A model generated the notes under the pieces. It ran no database searches. It saw only the letters and a program-made list of their open reading frames with translations, and was not told the DNA's origin. The position numbers were made by a program, and so were the translations under genes. From positions 22,095 through 86,094 of the forward strand of contig DASYDE010000107.1 in assembly GCA_036499725.1 (NCBI GenBank): a stretch of 64,000 nucleotides of DNA. The letters are read 5' to 3'. The stretch is from Kofleriaceae bacterium. GTDB taxonomy: Bacteria > Myxococcota_A > Polyangia > Haliangiales > Haliangiaceae. Positions 36,258 through 44,996 of the stretch are shown piece after piece; within the stretch, counting starts at the first letter, position 1; the number at the start of each line of letters is the position of its first letter.

Positions 36258-37602
36258 CGGCCTCCAGACCATAACCGACATCGACGCCAAGGAGGGGCAA
36301 CACGATCTGCTTCAGGTACAGACGCGTACCGACGCCGACGCTGTTCTTGAAGCCAGCAAACTTGTCCTGATCCTCGCGACGCGAGCCAGGGAGGTAGTTG
36401 CGCTGCTTGGAGTCCTCGTTGAGGAACGCGATGTAGCCCGAGTCCCAGAAGCCGAGACCGCGGACGGAGAGACCGAACAGCGAGAACAGCGGCAGCGAGT
36501 ACTCGAGGTTCACGAGCGCGCGCGAGTCACCGCGGTACTGGTTGTTCACGTAGCCGCGCATCGACGTACCGCCGAGCAACAGCTCCTGCTGGAACGGGAG
36601 GTGGCGACCGTACTGGAAGTTGCCCTTGATGTTCAGGTTGTGGCGCTCGAGGACCTGCCAACCCTTGGCGTAGCCAAAGCTGAGGAGCGAGTACGAGAAG
36701 TCGCTACCGAGCGCATTGAGCGAGTGCTCGTACGCCACGGAGAGCTTGGTGCCGGTGGTGACGCCGAGGTAGTTCGCGCGGCGATCGATCGTGAACGAGC
36801 CCTCGGCGGAGACGTCGTTGCCTTCCTTGCCGGGGTTCTGCACGTTCGTCGCGGAGCTCGAGCCAAGGTCGATGCCTTGGTCGTCGGGGTTCTTGCCGAG
36901 ATACGAGGGCGCCTTGGCGTTACCGAACAGCGGCGAGTCGGAGTAGCTGACCACGGCGCCGCGGAGGCGACCGTCGAGCTTGTAGCCGCGGATCGGCTCG
37001 ATGCCGAGGCGGATGCCGCCGTTGAGATAGTTGAGGCGCGACTCGCGGATCGCTTCGGGCGAGTCGAGGTACCCGTTGGGCGACTTGTACTCGATGACGC
37101 GCGACTGCTTCAGATAGGTATCGAGCTGCGCGTAGAACGGCGTGCCGCCGATGGACGGGATGACCCACGCGCCGATGAAGAACGTGTCACCGCTGGCGAT
37201 CTGCCCGTAGAGCAGGAGCTTCTGGTTCTGCCCGAACAGGTTGTTCTCGCCATAGCCGACACCCGCGCCCTTGTTGGTGGGCTGGTTGTAGAACGCGGGG
37301 GCGATGACCCACGAGTGCTTGTCGTGGACGACGATCGTGACGCGCACGCCACCGGGGACGGTGGACGAGAACACCTCGGCATCCTTGAACAACCCCGAGG
37401 ACAGGAGCCGGGTCTTGATGCCCGTGATCATGTCTACGGACCAGTCATCTCCGACATCGATGTCCGCGATGAGCGTCACCGTATCGGTCGTGGTCTTGGT
37501 GTTTTCTTGAACGAGGATCTCTTTGATCTCCTCGGCCGAGGCGACACGCGGGGCGGCGACGAGCGCAACCACCAGCGCACTACAAGCGAGCGCGAACCTC
37601 AC
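36217..37602 (-). CDS. Omp85/BamA-superfamily outer-membrane protein (POTRA-like N-terminus plus beta-barrel)
   Basis: Start set at GTG 37602 (signal peptide RFALACSALVVALVAAPRVASA|EE). POTRA-like IKEILVQENTKTTTDTVT. Barrel motifs (LLGGTSMRGY, LEYSLPL, GFWDSG, VGVGTRLY). Confidence 0.8.
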   Translation of the reverse strand: MRFALACSALVVALVAAPRVASAEEIKEILVQENTKTTTDTVTLIADIDVGDDWSVDMITGIKTRLLSSGLFKDAEVFSSTVPGGVRVTIVVHDKHSWVIAPAFYNQPTNKGAGVGYGENNLFGQNQKLLLYGQIASGDTFFIGAWVIPSIGGTPFYAQLDTYLKQSRVIEYKSPNGYLDSPEAIRESRLNYLNGGIRLGIEPIRGYKLDGRLRGAVVSYSDSPLFGNAKAPSYLGKNPDDQGIDLGSSSATNVQNPGKEGNDVSAEGSFTIDRRANYLGVTTGTKLSVAYEHSLNALGSDFSYSLLSFGYAKGWQVLERHNLNIKGNFQYGRHLPFQQELLLGGTSMRGYVNNQYRGDSRALVNLEYSLPLFSLFGLSVRGLGFWDSGYIAFLNEDSKQRNYLPGSRREDQDKFAGFKNSVGVGTRLYLKQIVLPLLGVDVGYGLEAGDIQVYLAIGLTD

Positions 37603-37650
37603 GGGCCGAGTATGGCATTCGCGCGGTGCCAGGTGTGGTACCAACGACGC

Positions 37651-38139
37651 ATGAATCCCGCTGAGGTAGCCACCGCGCTATTGATCGAGCGCACACTCGA
37701 GAACAGCCCCGCGTACCGCAAGGTCGACGACTCCCTGTTTGTCATCAAACAGGGCTCGGCGTACGTGATGATCAACATCGTCCCGTGGGGTGACAACCGC
37801 GCGATGGTGCGCTGCACGGCGCAGCTCGTGAAGGGCGTCGACGTCGACGGCTCGCTCGCGATGCAGCTCCTGGAGCTCAACGCTCACCTGCGCTTCGGCG
37901 CCTTTGCCGTCGACAAGGCAGAGCGCACGGTGCTGTTCACCCACACCATCCTCGGCGGCACCACGCTCGATCCCGAGGAGCTGACTGCCACCCTGCGTGA
38001 TGTCGCGCTCATTGCCGACGAGTACGACGACAAGCTGATGAAGAAGTACGGCGGTCAGCGCATGACCGACCTGCTCGAAGAAGCCGCGATGGAGCGCATC
38101 ATGGACAAGGATCCATCGCGCTTCCGTTTCGACGACTGA
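37651..38139 (+). CDS. YbjN-like (type III secretion chaperone-like fold) cytoplasmic protein
   Basis: 162 aa, starting at ATG 37651 inside the 512-aa composite track ORF. The pattern LFVIKQGSAYVMINIV...LLELNAHLRFGAFAVD...ADEYDDKL resembles the YbjN family. Confidence 0.65.
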   Translation: MNPAEVATALLIERTLENSPAYRKVDDSLFVIKQGSAYVMINIVPWGDNRAMVRCTAQLVKGVDVDGSLAMQLLELNAHLRFGAFAVDKAERTVLFTHTILGGTTLDPEELTATLRDVALIADEYDDKLMKKYGGQRMTDLLEEAAMERIMDKDPSRFRFDD

Positions 38140-38148
38140 GATCGCGCC

Positions 38149-38165
38149 GCCTGGCAAAACCAGGC
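38149..38165. terminator. short hairpin between convergent genes (weak bidirectional terminator candidate)
   Basis: GCCTGG-CAAAA-CCAGGC lies in the 34-nt gap between the YbjN-like stop (38139) and the lipoprotein stop (38174). No U-tract. Confidence 0.3.
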
Positions 38166-38173
38166 AGGCCGGC

Positions 38174-39481
38174 TTACGGCTTGAACTTGTTGTCGCGGAC
38201 GCCGGAGACACCGAACGTCGAGTCGCCGACCGAGTTGCGCACGGCCATGAGGACCGAGCGCCACGACGACTTGCCGCCGTGGTCGATCGAGTAGAGCAGC
38301 TTCGCGATGGCTGGCGCGGCGAACATGTTCGCGTCCGCCGAGACTTCGACGACGCTCGACATCACGTCGAGCTTGTCCCACGAGTCGCCCTTACCGTGGA
38401 GGATGGGCTTGACGTAGTACTCGTAGCCGAGGCAGCCGCCGTAGAGGAAGATCTGGTAGTTCGTCGGGTACGTCGGGCGCGCCCAGAAGTCCGATGCACC
38501 GAGCATCGAGTGACCGTCGTACGCGACGATCTCGTGCTCGCCGAGCGCCTTCTGGAAGTTGTTGAAGTGGCTGTAGTCGTCGAGGCCGCTGAACTCCTTG
38601 GGCGAGTACAGGTCGATCTGCGAGAGGATCGTGCCGAGCTGCTTCTCGTAGCGCTCGCCGACCGGGCCCGTCACCTTGTGGTAACCGCCTGCGACGAGGT
38701 TCGCGCCAAAGCGCTTGAAGTTGCGCATGCCGGTCTCATTCGCCGTGATCGGACCGTCGTCGATCTCGCCGAACAGAACGACCGTCGTGACCTTCTTGTC
38801 GGCCGTGAGCTGGTCGTACTCGGGGTAGCGCGTCGCCTGCGTGTTCGAGAACTTCTTGCTGACGGTGATCTTGAGGTCCTGCTGCGGAATCGTGCAGCTG
38901 GCCTTCGGCTCCCAGCGGTACCAGTAGACGGACGAGTCGAGACCGATGTGGTCGTCATCGTCCGCGCACTTGCTACCCGCGTCGGTGAGCACGGTGAACG
39001 GGTTCATCGGCACCTTCGCGGTGAAGACCGCGCCGAGCTGCGCCTTCGCGTTGTCGAACAGGAGCACCGTGTTCATCGCCTTGAGGCGCCAGTGCTTCTT
39101 CATCGAGCCGGCGGGGACCGCGCTGGTCTTGTACCAGGTAGTGCCGATCTGCCACTCGATGCGGTCGGGCTGGGAGACTTCTTCAGCGAGCGACTCGATG
39201 TACATCGTCTCGCTCTTGCGGAAGAACGTCGTCGCGAACTGCGCGATGGCGACGGGACCGTCGTCGATCTGGGAGCTGGTCGCCGTGATGTCGCCTTCGA
39301 GATCGACCTCGACCTCCTGGCCATCGGGGTTCTGGTAAGCCGAGTCTTCCTTGCCGTCGTCCGGCTGGTCGTGCGCGAACGGGTTGTCGGCGTCCGCCGT
39401 CACCGTGTCGTCGGTGGCGCAACCAGCGGCTGCACTGGTGGCGAGGAGGGCGAGCGAGAGGGAAGCGAGAACCTGGCGCAT
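38174..39481 (-). CDS. lipoprotein, possible caspase/gingipain-like (clan CD) cysteine peptidase fold
   Basis: Start set at ATG 39481 (MRQVLASLSLALLATSAAAGC lipobox). His and Cys each follow a beta-strand (EIVAYDGHS ... QIFLYGGCLGY), 27 aa apart. The function is speculative. Confidence 0.65.
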   Translation of the reverse strand: MRQVLASLSLALLATSAAAGCATDDTVTADADNPFAHDQPDDGKEDSAYQNPDGQEVEVDLEGDITATSSQIDDGPVAIAQFATTFFRKSETMYIESLAEEVSQPDRIEWQIGTTWYKTSAVPAGSMKKHWRLKAMNTVLLFDNAKAQLGAVFTAKVPMNPFTVLTDAGSKCADDDDHIGLDSSVYWYRWEPKASCTIPQQDLKITVSKKFSNTQATRYPEYDQLTADKKVTTVVLFGEIDDGPITANETGMRNFKRFGANLVAGGYHKVTGPVGERYEKQLGTILSQIDLYSPKEFSGLDDYSHFNNFQKALGEHEIVAYDGHSMLGASDFWARPTYPTNYQIFLYGGCLGYEYYVKPILHGKGDSWDKLDVMSSVVEVSADANMFAAPAIAKLLYSIDHGGKSSWRSVLMAVRNSVGDSTFGVSGVRDNKFKP

Positions 39482-39606
39482 GATGCCAGGGGCTGATCGC
39501 AAACCCCGCGCCACTGCAAACGATGATCTGCACCGCGCGATTACGCGGAATTGCCCCACCGTGGCCGCTCGAGTAGCCGGCTAAGTGGGTCTCTGATAGC
39601 CGGCCA

Positions 39607-40395
39607 CTAGCGCGGCGAGAGGCGCTCGATCATCTTCGCCGCGAGGCCTTCGGGGGCATCCGGGTCGGGCAGTCCACCGTAGATCGCGCCGATCTCGCGC
39701 ATCGGCACGTCCTCGTTTCCCGGCCCCGTGCCGTAGCGACCGTACGGATCCTTGCGCAGCGAGACTTCACCGATGATCTGTCCGATCGGACGAATGAAGC
39801 CCTTCGCGAGCGCGGTCCCGACGCGTGCGGGACAGCGGCACGGGTTCATCGGATTGACGTGCTCGCAACGCGGCGCGAGGTAGTCGCCGACCTTCTTGCG
39901 CGCGCGTGAGAGGCGAACTTTGTACGCGCTCTCGGTGATCCCGAGGCTCTTGGCCGCGACGTCATCCGCGAGCTTGAGCACGTGGCAGACGACGAACGCC
40001 GCGCGCTCGCCCGGCGGCAGGCAGTTGATGACCGACGTCATGCAGCCTTGCTTGAGCTCCCACAGCAGCAGATCGCGATCTGGATCACTCAGCGAGCGCA
40101 CGACGTCGGTGCGCGTGGCCTCGTTGCGGAGCGTGTCGTCGAGGATGTCGAAGTTCACCTCGGGCTGGCGCGGCAGGCGCTCCTCGAGCAACGCGTTCGC
40201 GACGGAGATCAGCCACGCTTCCACGTCGGGCTCGGCGGGCATCTTGTCGGACTCGGCGACGGCCTTGGCGAACACATCACCGAGATAGCGCTCGGCGCGC
40301 TCGCGATCGAGTGTGAGGCGGAACACGAAGTTGTAAACGCGGCGCCAGTGCGGCTCGACCAACGCGGTCACCGCTGCTCTATCGAGGCCGCCCAT
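39607..40395 (-). CDS. ECF-type sigma factor with Cys-rich C-terminal extension (CorE-like architecture)
   Basis: 262 aa. Region 2 (HWRRVYNFVFRL) and region 4 (PPGERAAFVVCHVLKLADDVAAKSLGITESAYKVRLSRARKK), then CEHVNPMNPCRC plus a ~65-aa tail. No adjacent anti-sigma gene. Confidence 0.85.
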   Translation of the reverse strand: MGGLDRAAVTALVEPHWRRVYNFVFRLTLDRERAERYLGDVFAKAVAESDKMPAEPDVEAWLISVANALLEERLPRQPEVNFDILDDTLRNEATRTDVVRSLSDPDRDLLLWELKQGCMTSVINCLPPGERAAFVVCHVLKLADDVAAKSLGITESAYKVRLSRARKKVGDYLAPRCEHVNPMNPCRCPARVGTALAKGFIRPIGQIIGEVSLRKDPYGRYGTGPGNEDVPMREIGAIYGGLPDPDAPEGLAAKMIERLSPR

Positions 40396-40436
40396 GCTTT
40401 ACGATCGTACACCACCGACGTGCTACCGTCCCGACG

Positions 40437-41570
40437 ATGCTCGCGCGGTCGATCGCCGTCGGTGCGCTCGTTCTCGCCGGGTGTTACGACCCGCCTCATC
40501 CGGTGTGCGGCTTCGCATGCGCCTCGCACGCCACCGTGTGCCCCGACGGCTACGCGTGCAACAGCGTGGACAATCGCTGCCATCTCTCGGGCTTCATGGA
40601 AGTCCACTGCGAGAGCGTCCCCGACGACCCTGGAAACGATCTCCTCGCGCCGGTGCTCGTGGCGTTCCAGCCGACGTCGAACTTCGAGCCGGTCAATACG
40701 GCCATCTCCGTTCAGTTCGACAAGAAGGTGTTGCACGTCACGTCGACCTCGTTCTTTTTGACCGATGACGTCACCGGACAAGTGGTTACGAGTGCCCCGT
40801 CCAACCCCAGCAACCCGTTCACGTGGAGCCTCTCGCTAAACTCCTCGTTGTCGTTCGGCGGTCAGTACACCGTCCACCTGACCTCCGACATCACGGATGA
40901 GAACGGCGATCACTTCGCCGGCACGCAGTATCAATTCGCGGTCATTGCGGATCCACCGCCGAGCATCGACTTCTCGGCCTTCATCGAGCCGTTGCCGCAG
41001 GAGACAGACGTCGCCGTCGACACAGTCGTGACGGTCACGATGACGGAGACGGTGCAGACGCTCTCCGGCAAGTTCCACCTCATCGATCAGGTCACGAGCG
41101 TCGAAGTACCGACGACGATCGACAACACCGGCGCCACGTCGATAGCGACGCTCGATCCGGACGACCAGCTCCTGCCGCTACGGGGCTACGTGGCGCGCGT
41201 CGACGGCGACGTCCGCGACACGAACGGGAACCCGATGGGACCTGTGGGCAGTTGGTTCTTCACGACGGGGAACGACTTCGTGCCGCCGCAGGCGCGCGAG
41301 ACCATGCCCAAGGCCAACAGCGTCGCGCCCGTCGACAGCTCCATCGTCATCCTGTTCGACGAACCAGCGACCTCGATCGGCACGTTCGCGGTCACGAGTA
41401 GCGGCACGCCGATCACCGGTACCTTCGCGCCCAGCAACGGCAACCGCACGTGGACGTTCCTGCCCGATGCGCTGCCTGCGAACGCGGCGATCCACGTCGC
41501 GCTGACGAACATCGCAGACTCCTCCGGCAACACCCAGAACTTCGCCTACAGCTTCACGACCGCGCCGTAG
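40437..41570 (+). CDS. lipoprotein with Cys-knot N-terminus and bacterial Ig-like (SbsA/Big_5-type) domains
   Basis: 377 aa. Lipobox ALVLAGC|YDPP, then CGFAC...CPDGYAC...CHLS. Repeated units of the form 'I.V.FD..V......F.L.D..G..V'. Ends in YSFTTAP. Confidence 0.8.
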   Translation: MLARSIAVGALVLAGCYDPPHPVCGFACASHATVCPDGYACNSVDNRCHLSGFMEVHCESVPDDPGNDLLAPVLVAFQPTSNFEPVNTAISVQFDKKVLHVTSTSFFLTDDVTGQVVTSAPSNPSNPFTWSLSLNSSLSFGGQYTVHLTSDITDENGDHFAGTQYQFAVIADPPPSIDFSAFIEPLPQETDVAVDTVVTVTMTETVQTLSGKFHLIDQVTSVEVPTTIDNTGATSIATLDPDDQLLPLRGYVARVDGDVRDTNGNPMGPVGSWFFTTGNDFVPPQARETMPKANSVAPVDSSIVILFDEPATSIGTFAVTSSGTPITGTFAPSNGNRTWTFLPDALPANAAIHVALTNIADSSGNTQNFAYSFTTAP

Positions 41571-41593
41571 CGCCGCAATGGTAAATACGGGGT

Positions 41594-43036
41594 GTGGGTC
41601 TGCGCGCCGTCGCCGTTCTCGCGGTCGTCGCGGGTTGTTACGACCCGCCGATGCCCGTCTGCGGGTTCTCCTGCCTCGAGGTTGGCGAATGTCCCGACGG
41701 CTACACCTGTGATCGCCGCGGTGACGGCTTCTGCCATCTGAGCTCCAACCCGAACCAGGACTGTCCCGGTCACGAGGGAGTCACGTTCGACGACCAACCG
41801 CCCGAGCTGACCAGCATCTCGCCGGAACCGGGTACGCAGATCGCTGCCGGGGGCTCGATCATCCTGTTCTTCGACGAACCGGTCACCCACGTCACCAACG
41901 ACTCGTTCTTTATCACCGTGGACTCGACCGGCGAGAAGCTGTTCACGAACGTCTCGCCGTTTCAGGGAGCGCAAGCCTGGGAGCTCCAGCTCGGCGCGAA
42001 TCTGCCGCTCGATCAATCGTTCACCGTCACGATCACCTCCGCCGTCACCGACCTCGCCGGTAATCCGCTCGCCGGGGAAACGCTGTCCTACTTCTCGCAA
42101 TCACCAACGCCGCCCATGCTCGTTGGTTCTGTCCCGAGCGCCTCGCAAACGGGGGTGAGCGTCGGCGTCCAGCTCCAGCTGTTCTTCGACAAAGCCGCGC
42201 CGAACATCCTCAGCGTGTTTCACGTCGAGGATCAGTTCAGCAATCCCGTCATCTACAACGTCGACCCGACGACCAGCACGCAGGATCCAATCTTCAATCT
42301 CCGCTGGCAGCTCGCTCCCAACACGGCTTACAGGATGCGGATCGATCCAGGGTTGATGGATATCACCGGGCACGCGACGAGCACGGGCACGGCAATCCTG
42401 TTCGCGACCGGCGTCGACAACGTCGGACCGCGGATCTGGGGACGCACACCGGGCTTCTCCGCGGTCAACGTCCCCGTCAGCAGCGGCGTCTTGATCGAAT
42501 TCGACGAGGACGCGCAGAACGTCGACGCATCGAGCATCGAGCTACAGAAGAACGGCGTCGCCGTGCCGGGTCAGGTCACATACGACGCGGCCACCAGGAG
42601 CGCGCACCTGCGGCCCGATACTCAGCTCGACGGGTTGACGAACTACGACGTCATCGTCACGACGGCCGTCACGGATGCGTTTGGCAACTCCACGCTCGAC
42701 GGCGGGAGCAGCTTCCAGACCGACCTGGACCACATCGCGCCGCAGATCCGCGCGACGACGCCGCAGACCGGGTCCAGCAACGTGCCCGTGACGACGACGA
42801 TCGCGATGACGTTCGACGAGCCAACGTTTGGCCTCGATGCATCGACCGTGTTCGTGACGGCCGGAGCAGTAACCATCACGGGCACGCTCGTCGCCACCAA
42901 TGGTGGTCACACGTGGACCTTTACCCCCGACGCTCCGCTGCCCGCGATGACGACCATCGATGTCGACATTGGACTGGCGAGCGATTCGATCGGTAACTCG
43001 ACGAGCTACTTCTACAGCTTCACGACCGCGCCGTAG
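41594..43036 (+). CDS. lipoprotein paralog with Cys-knot N-terminus and Ig-like domains
   Basis: 480 aa with a GTG start. Same N-terminus (AVVAGC|YDPPMPVCGFSC...CPDGYTC...CHLS) and an identical C-terminal YSFTTAP. The last ~25 nt are identical at DNA level to the upstream paralog. Confidence 0.8.
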   Translation: MGLRAVAVLAVVAGCYDPPMPVCGFSCLEVGECPDGYTCDRRGDGFCHLSSNPNQDCPGHEGVTFDDQPPELTSISPEPGTQIAAGGSIILFFDEPVTHVTNDSFFITVDSTGEKLFTNVSPFQGAQAWELQLGANLPLDQSFTVTITSAVTDLAGNPLAGETLSYFSQSPTPPMLVGSVPSASQTGVSVGVQLQLFFDKAAPNILSVFHVEDQFSNPVIYNVDPTTSTQDPIFNLRWQLAPNTAYRMRIDPGLMDITGHATSTGTAILFATGVDNVGPRIWGRTPGFSAVNVPVSSGVLIEFDEDAQNVDASSIELQKNGVAVPGQVTYDAATRSAHLRPDTQLDGLTNYDVIVTTAVTDAFGNSTLDGGSSFQTDLDHIAPQIRATTPQTGSSNVPVTTTIAMTFDEPTFGLDASTVFVTAGAVTITGTLVATNGGHTWTFTPDAPLPAMTTIDVDIGLASDSIGNSTSYFYSFTTAP

Positions 43037-44167
43037 CTACGACACGAGCTTGGGCTTGGTCGGCGACGTCGGAGGATCCGACTCGACGAGACCGACGCGA
43101 CCCGCACGCTCGCCGAGCGGGTCGGCGAACGTCGAGAGCTCGCGGCTGATCTCGGCGCACAGGTCCGCCTTCTCGCGGTACGGCATGAACGCGCTCTTGA
43201 AGCCCGCGATGATGATCTCTTTGATCGTCGCGAGCGACCAGCCGTAGTGCCGGTGGCAGAGCTGCAGCTCCTTGGTCACCGTCGTGTCGGACATCAACCG
43301 GTTGTCGGTGTTGATGGTGACCCGGAGGCCGTAGTCGACGAAGAAATCGACGGGATGCGTCTCCCACGAGCTCGCCGCGCGCGTCTGGAGATTGGACGAC
43401 GGGCACACCTCGAGCGGGATGCGGTGGTCGTTCACGTAGTTCAGAAGATCGCCGCTCTCGACGAGGCGCGTGCCATGACCGATGCGATGCGCACCGCACT
43501 TGTGGATCGCCTGGTGAACGCTGTCGGGTCCGAACGACTCGCCGGCGTGCGCGGTGCAGTTGATGTTGTTGTCGATGACGAGCTGGAACGCCTGGCGGTG
43601 CACCTTGGCCGGGTTGTTCACCTCGGAGCCCGCGAGGTCAAAGCCGACGACGCCGTGGCTCTTGAACGCGACGCACAGCTCGGCGATGCGCAGCGATGAC
43701 TCCGGTCCGAGCGAGCGGATCGCGCAGAGGATGAGGCCGTAGCGAATGCCGAGCTCGCGCTTGGCGGCGCGCAGACCACGCAGGACCGCTTCGACGACCT
43801 GGGCGGGACGCAGCCCCGCGCGCGTGTGCAACAGCGGCGAGTAGCGAACCTCGAGGTAGCGAACGTTCTCGTTGTGCGCGTCCTCGGCGAGCTCGTAAGC
43901 GCAGCGCTCGAGCGCGTCCTCGCGCTGCATGACGGAGAGCGTGATGTCGAACGCGCGGAGATAGTCATCCAGCGACGCGACGTGATCGCCCGCCGCGAGC
44001 ATGCCGTGCAGCTCCGCGCGATCGAACGTGGGCAGCTTCACGCCCTGCTTCTTCGCGAGATCGAGAACCGTGTCGAGGCGGAGCGAGCCATCGAGGTGGC
44101 AGTGGAGGTCCGTCTTGGGCAGCTCGTGCAGCAGCTCGAACGGGATCTCGGTGGGCGCGTCGCTCAT
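43037..44167 (-). CDS. add: adenosine deaminase
   Basis: 376 aa with the A_deaminase motif series: HCHLDGSLR, GFDLAGSE, TAHAGE, RIGHG, INTDN. Has a ~40-aa C-terminal extension. ATGA overlap with the upstream gene. Confidence 0.9.
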   Translation of the reverse strand: MSDAPTEIPFELLHELPKTDLHCHLDGSLRLDTVLDLAKKQGVKLPTFDRAELHGMLAAGDHVASLDDYLRAFDITLSVMQREDALERCAYELAEDAHNENVRYLEVRYSPLLHTRAGLRPAQVVEAVLRGLRAAKRELGIRYGLILCAIRSLGPESSLRIAELCVAFKSHGVVGFDLAGSEVNNPAKVHRQAFQLVIDNNINCTAHAGESFGPDSVHQAIHKCGAHRIGHGTRLVESGDLLNYVNDHRIPLEVCPSSNLQTRAASSWETHPVDFFVDYGLRVTINTDNRLMSDTTVTKELQLCHRHYGWSLATIKEIIIAGFKSAFMPYREKADLCAEISRELSTFADPLGERAGRVGLVESDPPTSPTKPKLVS

Positions 44168-44709
44168 CGGCGGAGTTTCGCACGGAGCCGGCGATAGGTC
44201 GCGCGGAGAGTGGAGTCGTCGAGTGCCTCTTCGATGACCGCGAGCACCCCTTCGACCTTCTCGTGGTCGAGCTCGCGCATGGCCAGCAGCTCTCGAACAT
44301 CCTCGAGATCTTTGGGACGACTCGCGAGGATCTTGGTGACGACGAGATGCTCGCGGGAGATGACGGGAACGCGGACCGAACCGAGCCGCTTGATGACAAC
44401 CTCGTCCAAGAACGCTTGCTCGATGCCGGTTCCAGCGAGCACCAGGTCGACCTGGTAGCCGTCAAATGTCACCGGAATGACCCGGGTCGCGGCGATGAAC
44501 CCGTCGTCGGTGAATCTCATCTGGAAGCCGGCCTTGCCGAGCGCAGCCACGAAGCGTTGCGGAGACAGCTCGGCTAGATCGACCGTGAGGTCGAGGTCTG
44601 CGGTCAGCCGGGGGAATCCATGGAGATTCACCGCCTGCGCACCGAACACGTACCAGCGGATGTGTTCGCGTTGCGCGACCCTAGCGAACGCGGCGAGCGC
44701 GGCGTGCAC
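44164..44709 (-). CDS. minimal nucleotidyltransferase-fold (Pol-beta/MNT-like) protein
   Basis: About 181 aa from GTG 44709 (start uncertain). NTase signature FGAQAVNLHGFPRLTADLDLTV (G-x-...-DxD). Its stop overlaps the add start (ATGA). The track's 318-aa model has a basic, low-complexity N-terminus that I treat as shadow. Confidence 0.6.
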   Translation of the reverse strand: MHAALAAFARVAQREHIRWYVFGAQAVNLHGFPRLTADLDLTVDLAELSPQRFVAALGKAGFQMRFTDDGFIAATRVIPVTFDGYQVDLVLAGTGIEQAFLDEVVIKRLGSVRVPVISREHLVVTKILASRPKDLEDVRELLAMRELDHEKVEGVLAVIEEALDDSTLRATYRRLRAKLRR

Positions 44710-44977
44710 GGACTGGCGAGCTGGCGGCCGTCGCGTGGAGCGCTTTCGCGACCCGCTCGTGCGCTTCGAAGTCTGCGCGACGGCTTTCTTCGCTGGGCCA
44801 GCTCGGGTCGAGCGCTTGCTGATCACGACGAAGAACGTCGCCGATCCGGATCGCCTCTGCCAACCCAAAACGGTCGAGACGTTCGCGCCAGTAACGCCGC
44901 TTCCCTTCCCGGATTCCGTCCCAGTCGCGCGCGAGATACGCGCGAACCCCGAATGGATCGGGCGGTAACCGAGACAT
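44681..44977 (-). CDS. small hypothetical protein (98 aa), possible partner of the NTase
   Basis: From ATG 44977 (MSRLPPDPFGVRAYLARDWDGIREGKRRYW...). Protein-like composition with lower G/C at third positions than its neighbours. Contains RADFEAH (an Rx5H pattern). Overlaps the NTase start by 29 nt. Confidence 0.45.
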   Translation of the reverse strand: MSRLPPDPFGVRAYLARDWDGIREGKRRYWRERLDRFGLAEAIRIGDVLRRDQQALDPSWPSEESRRADFEAHERVAKALHATAASSPVRARRARRVR

Positions 44978-44996
44978 ACAAGAAGGGTAGCATCGG

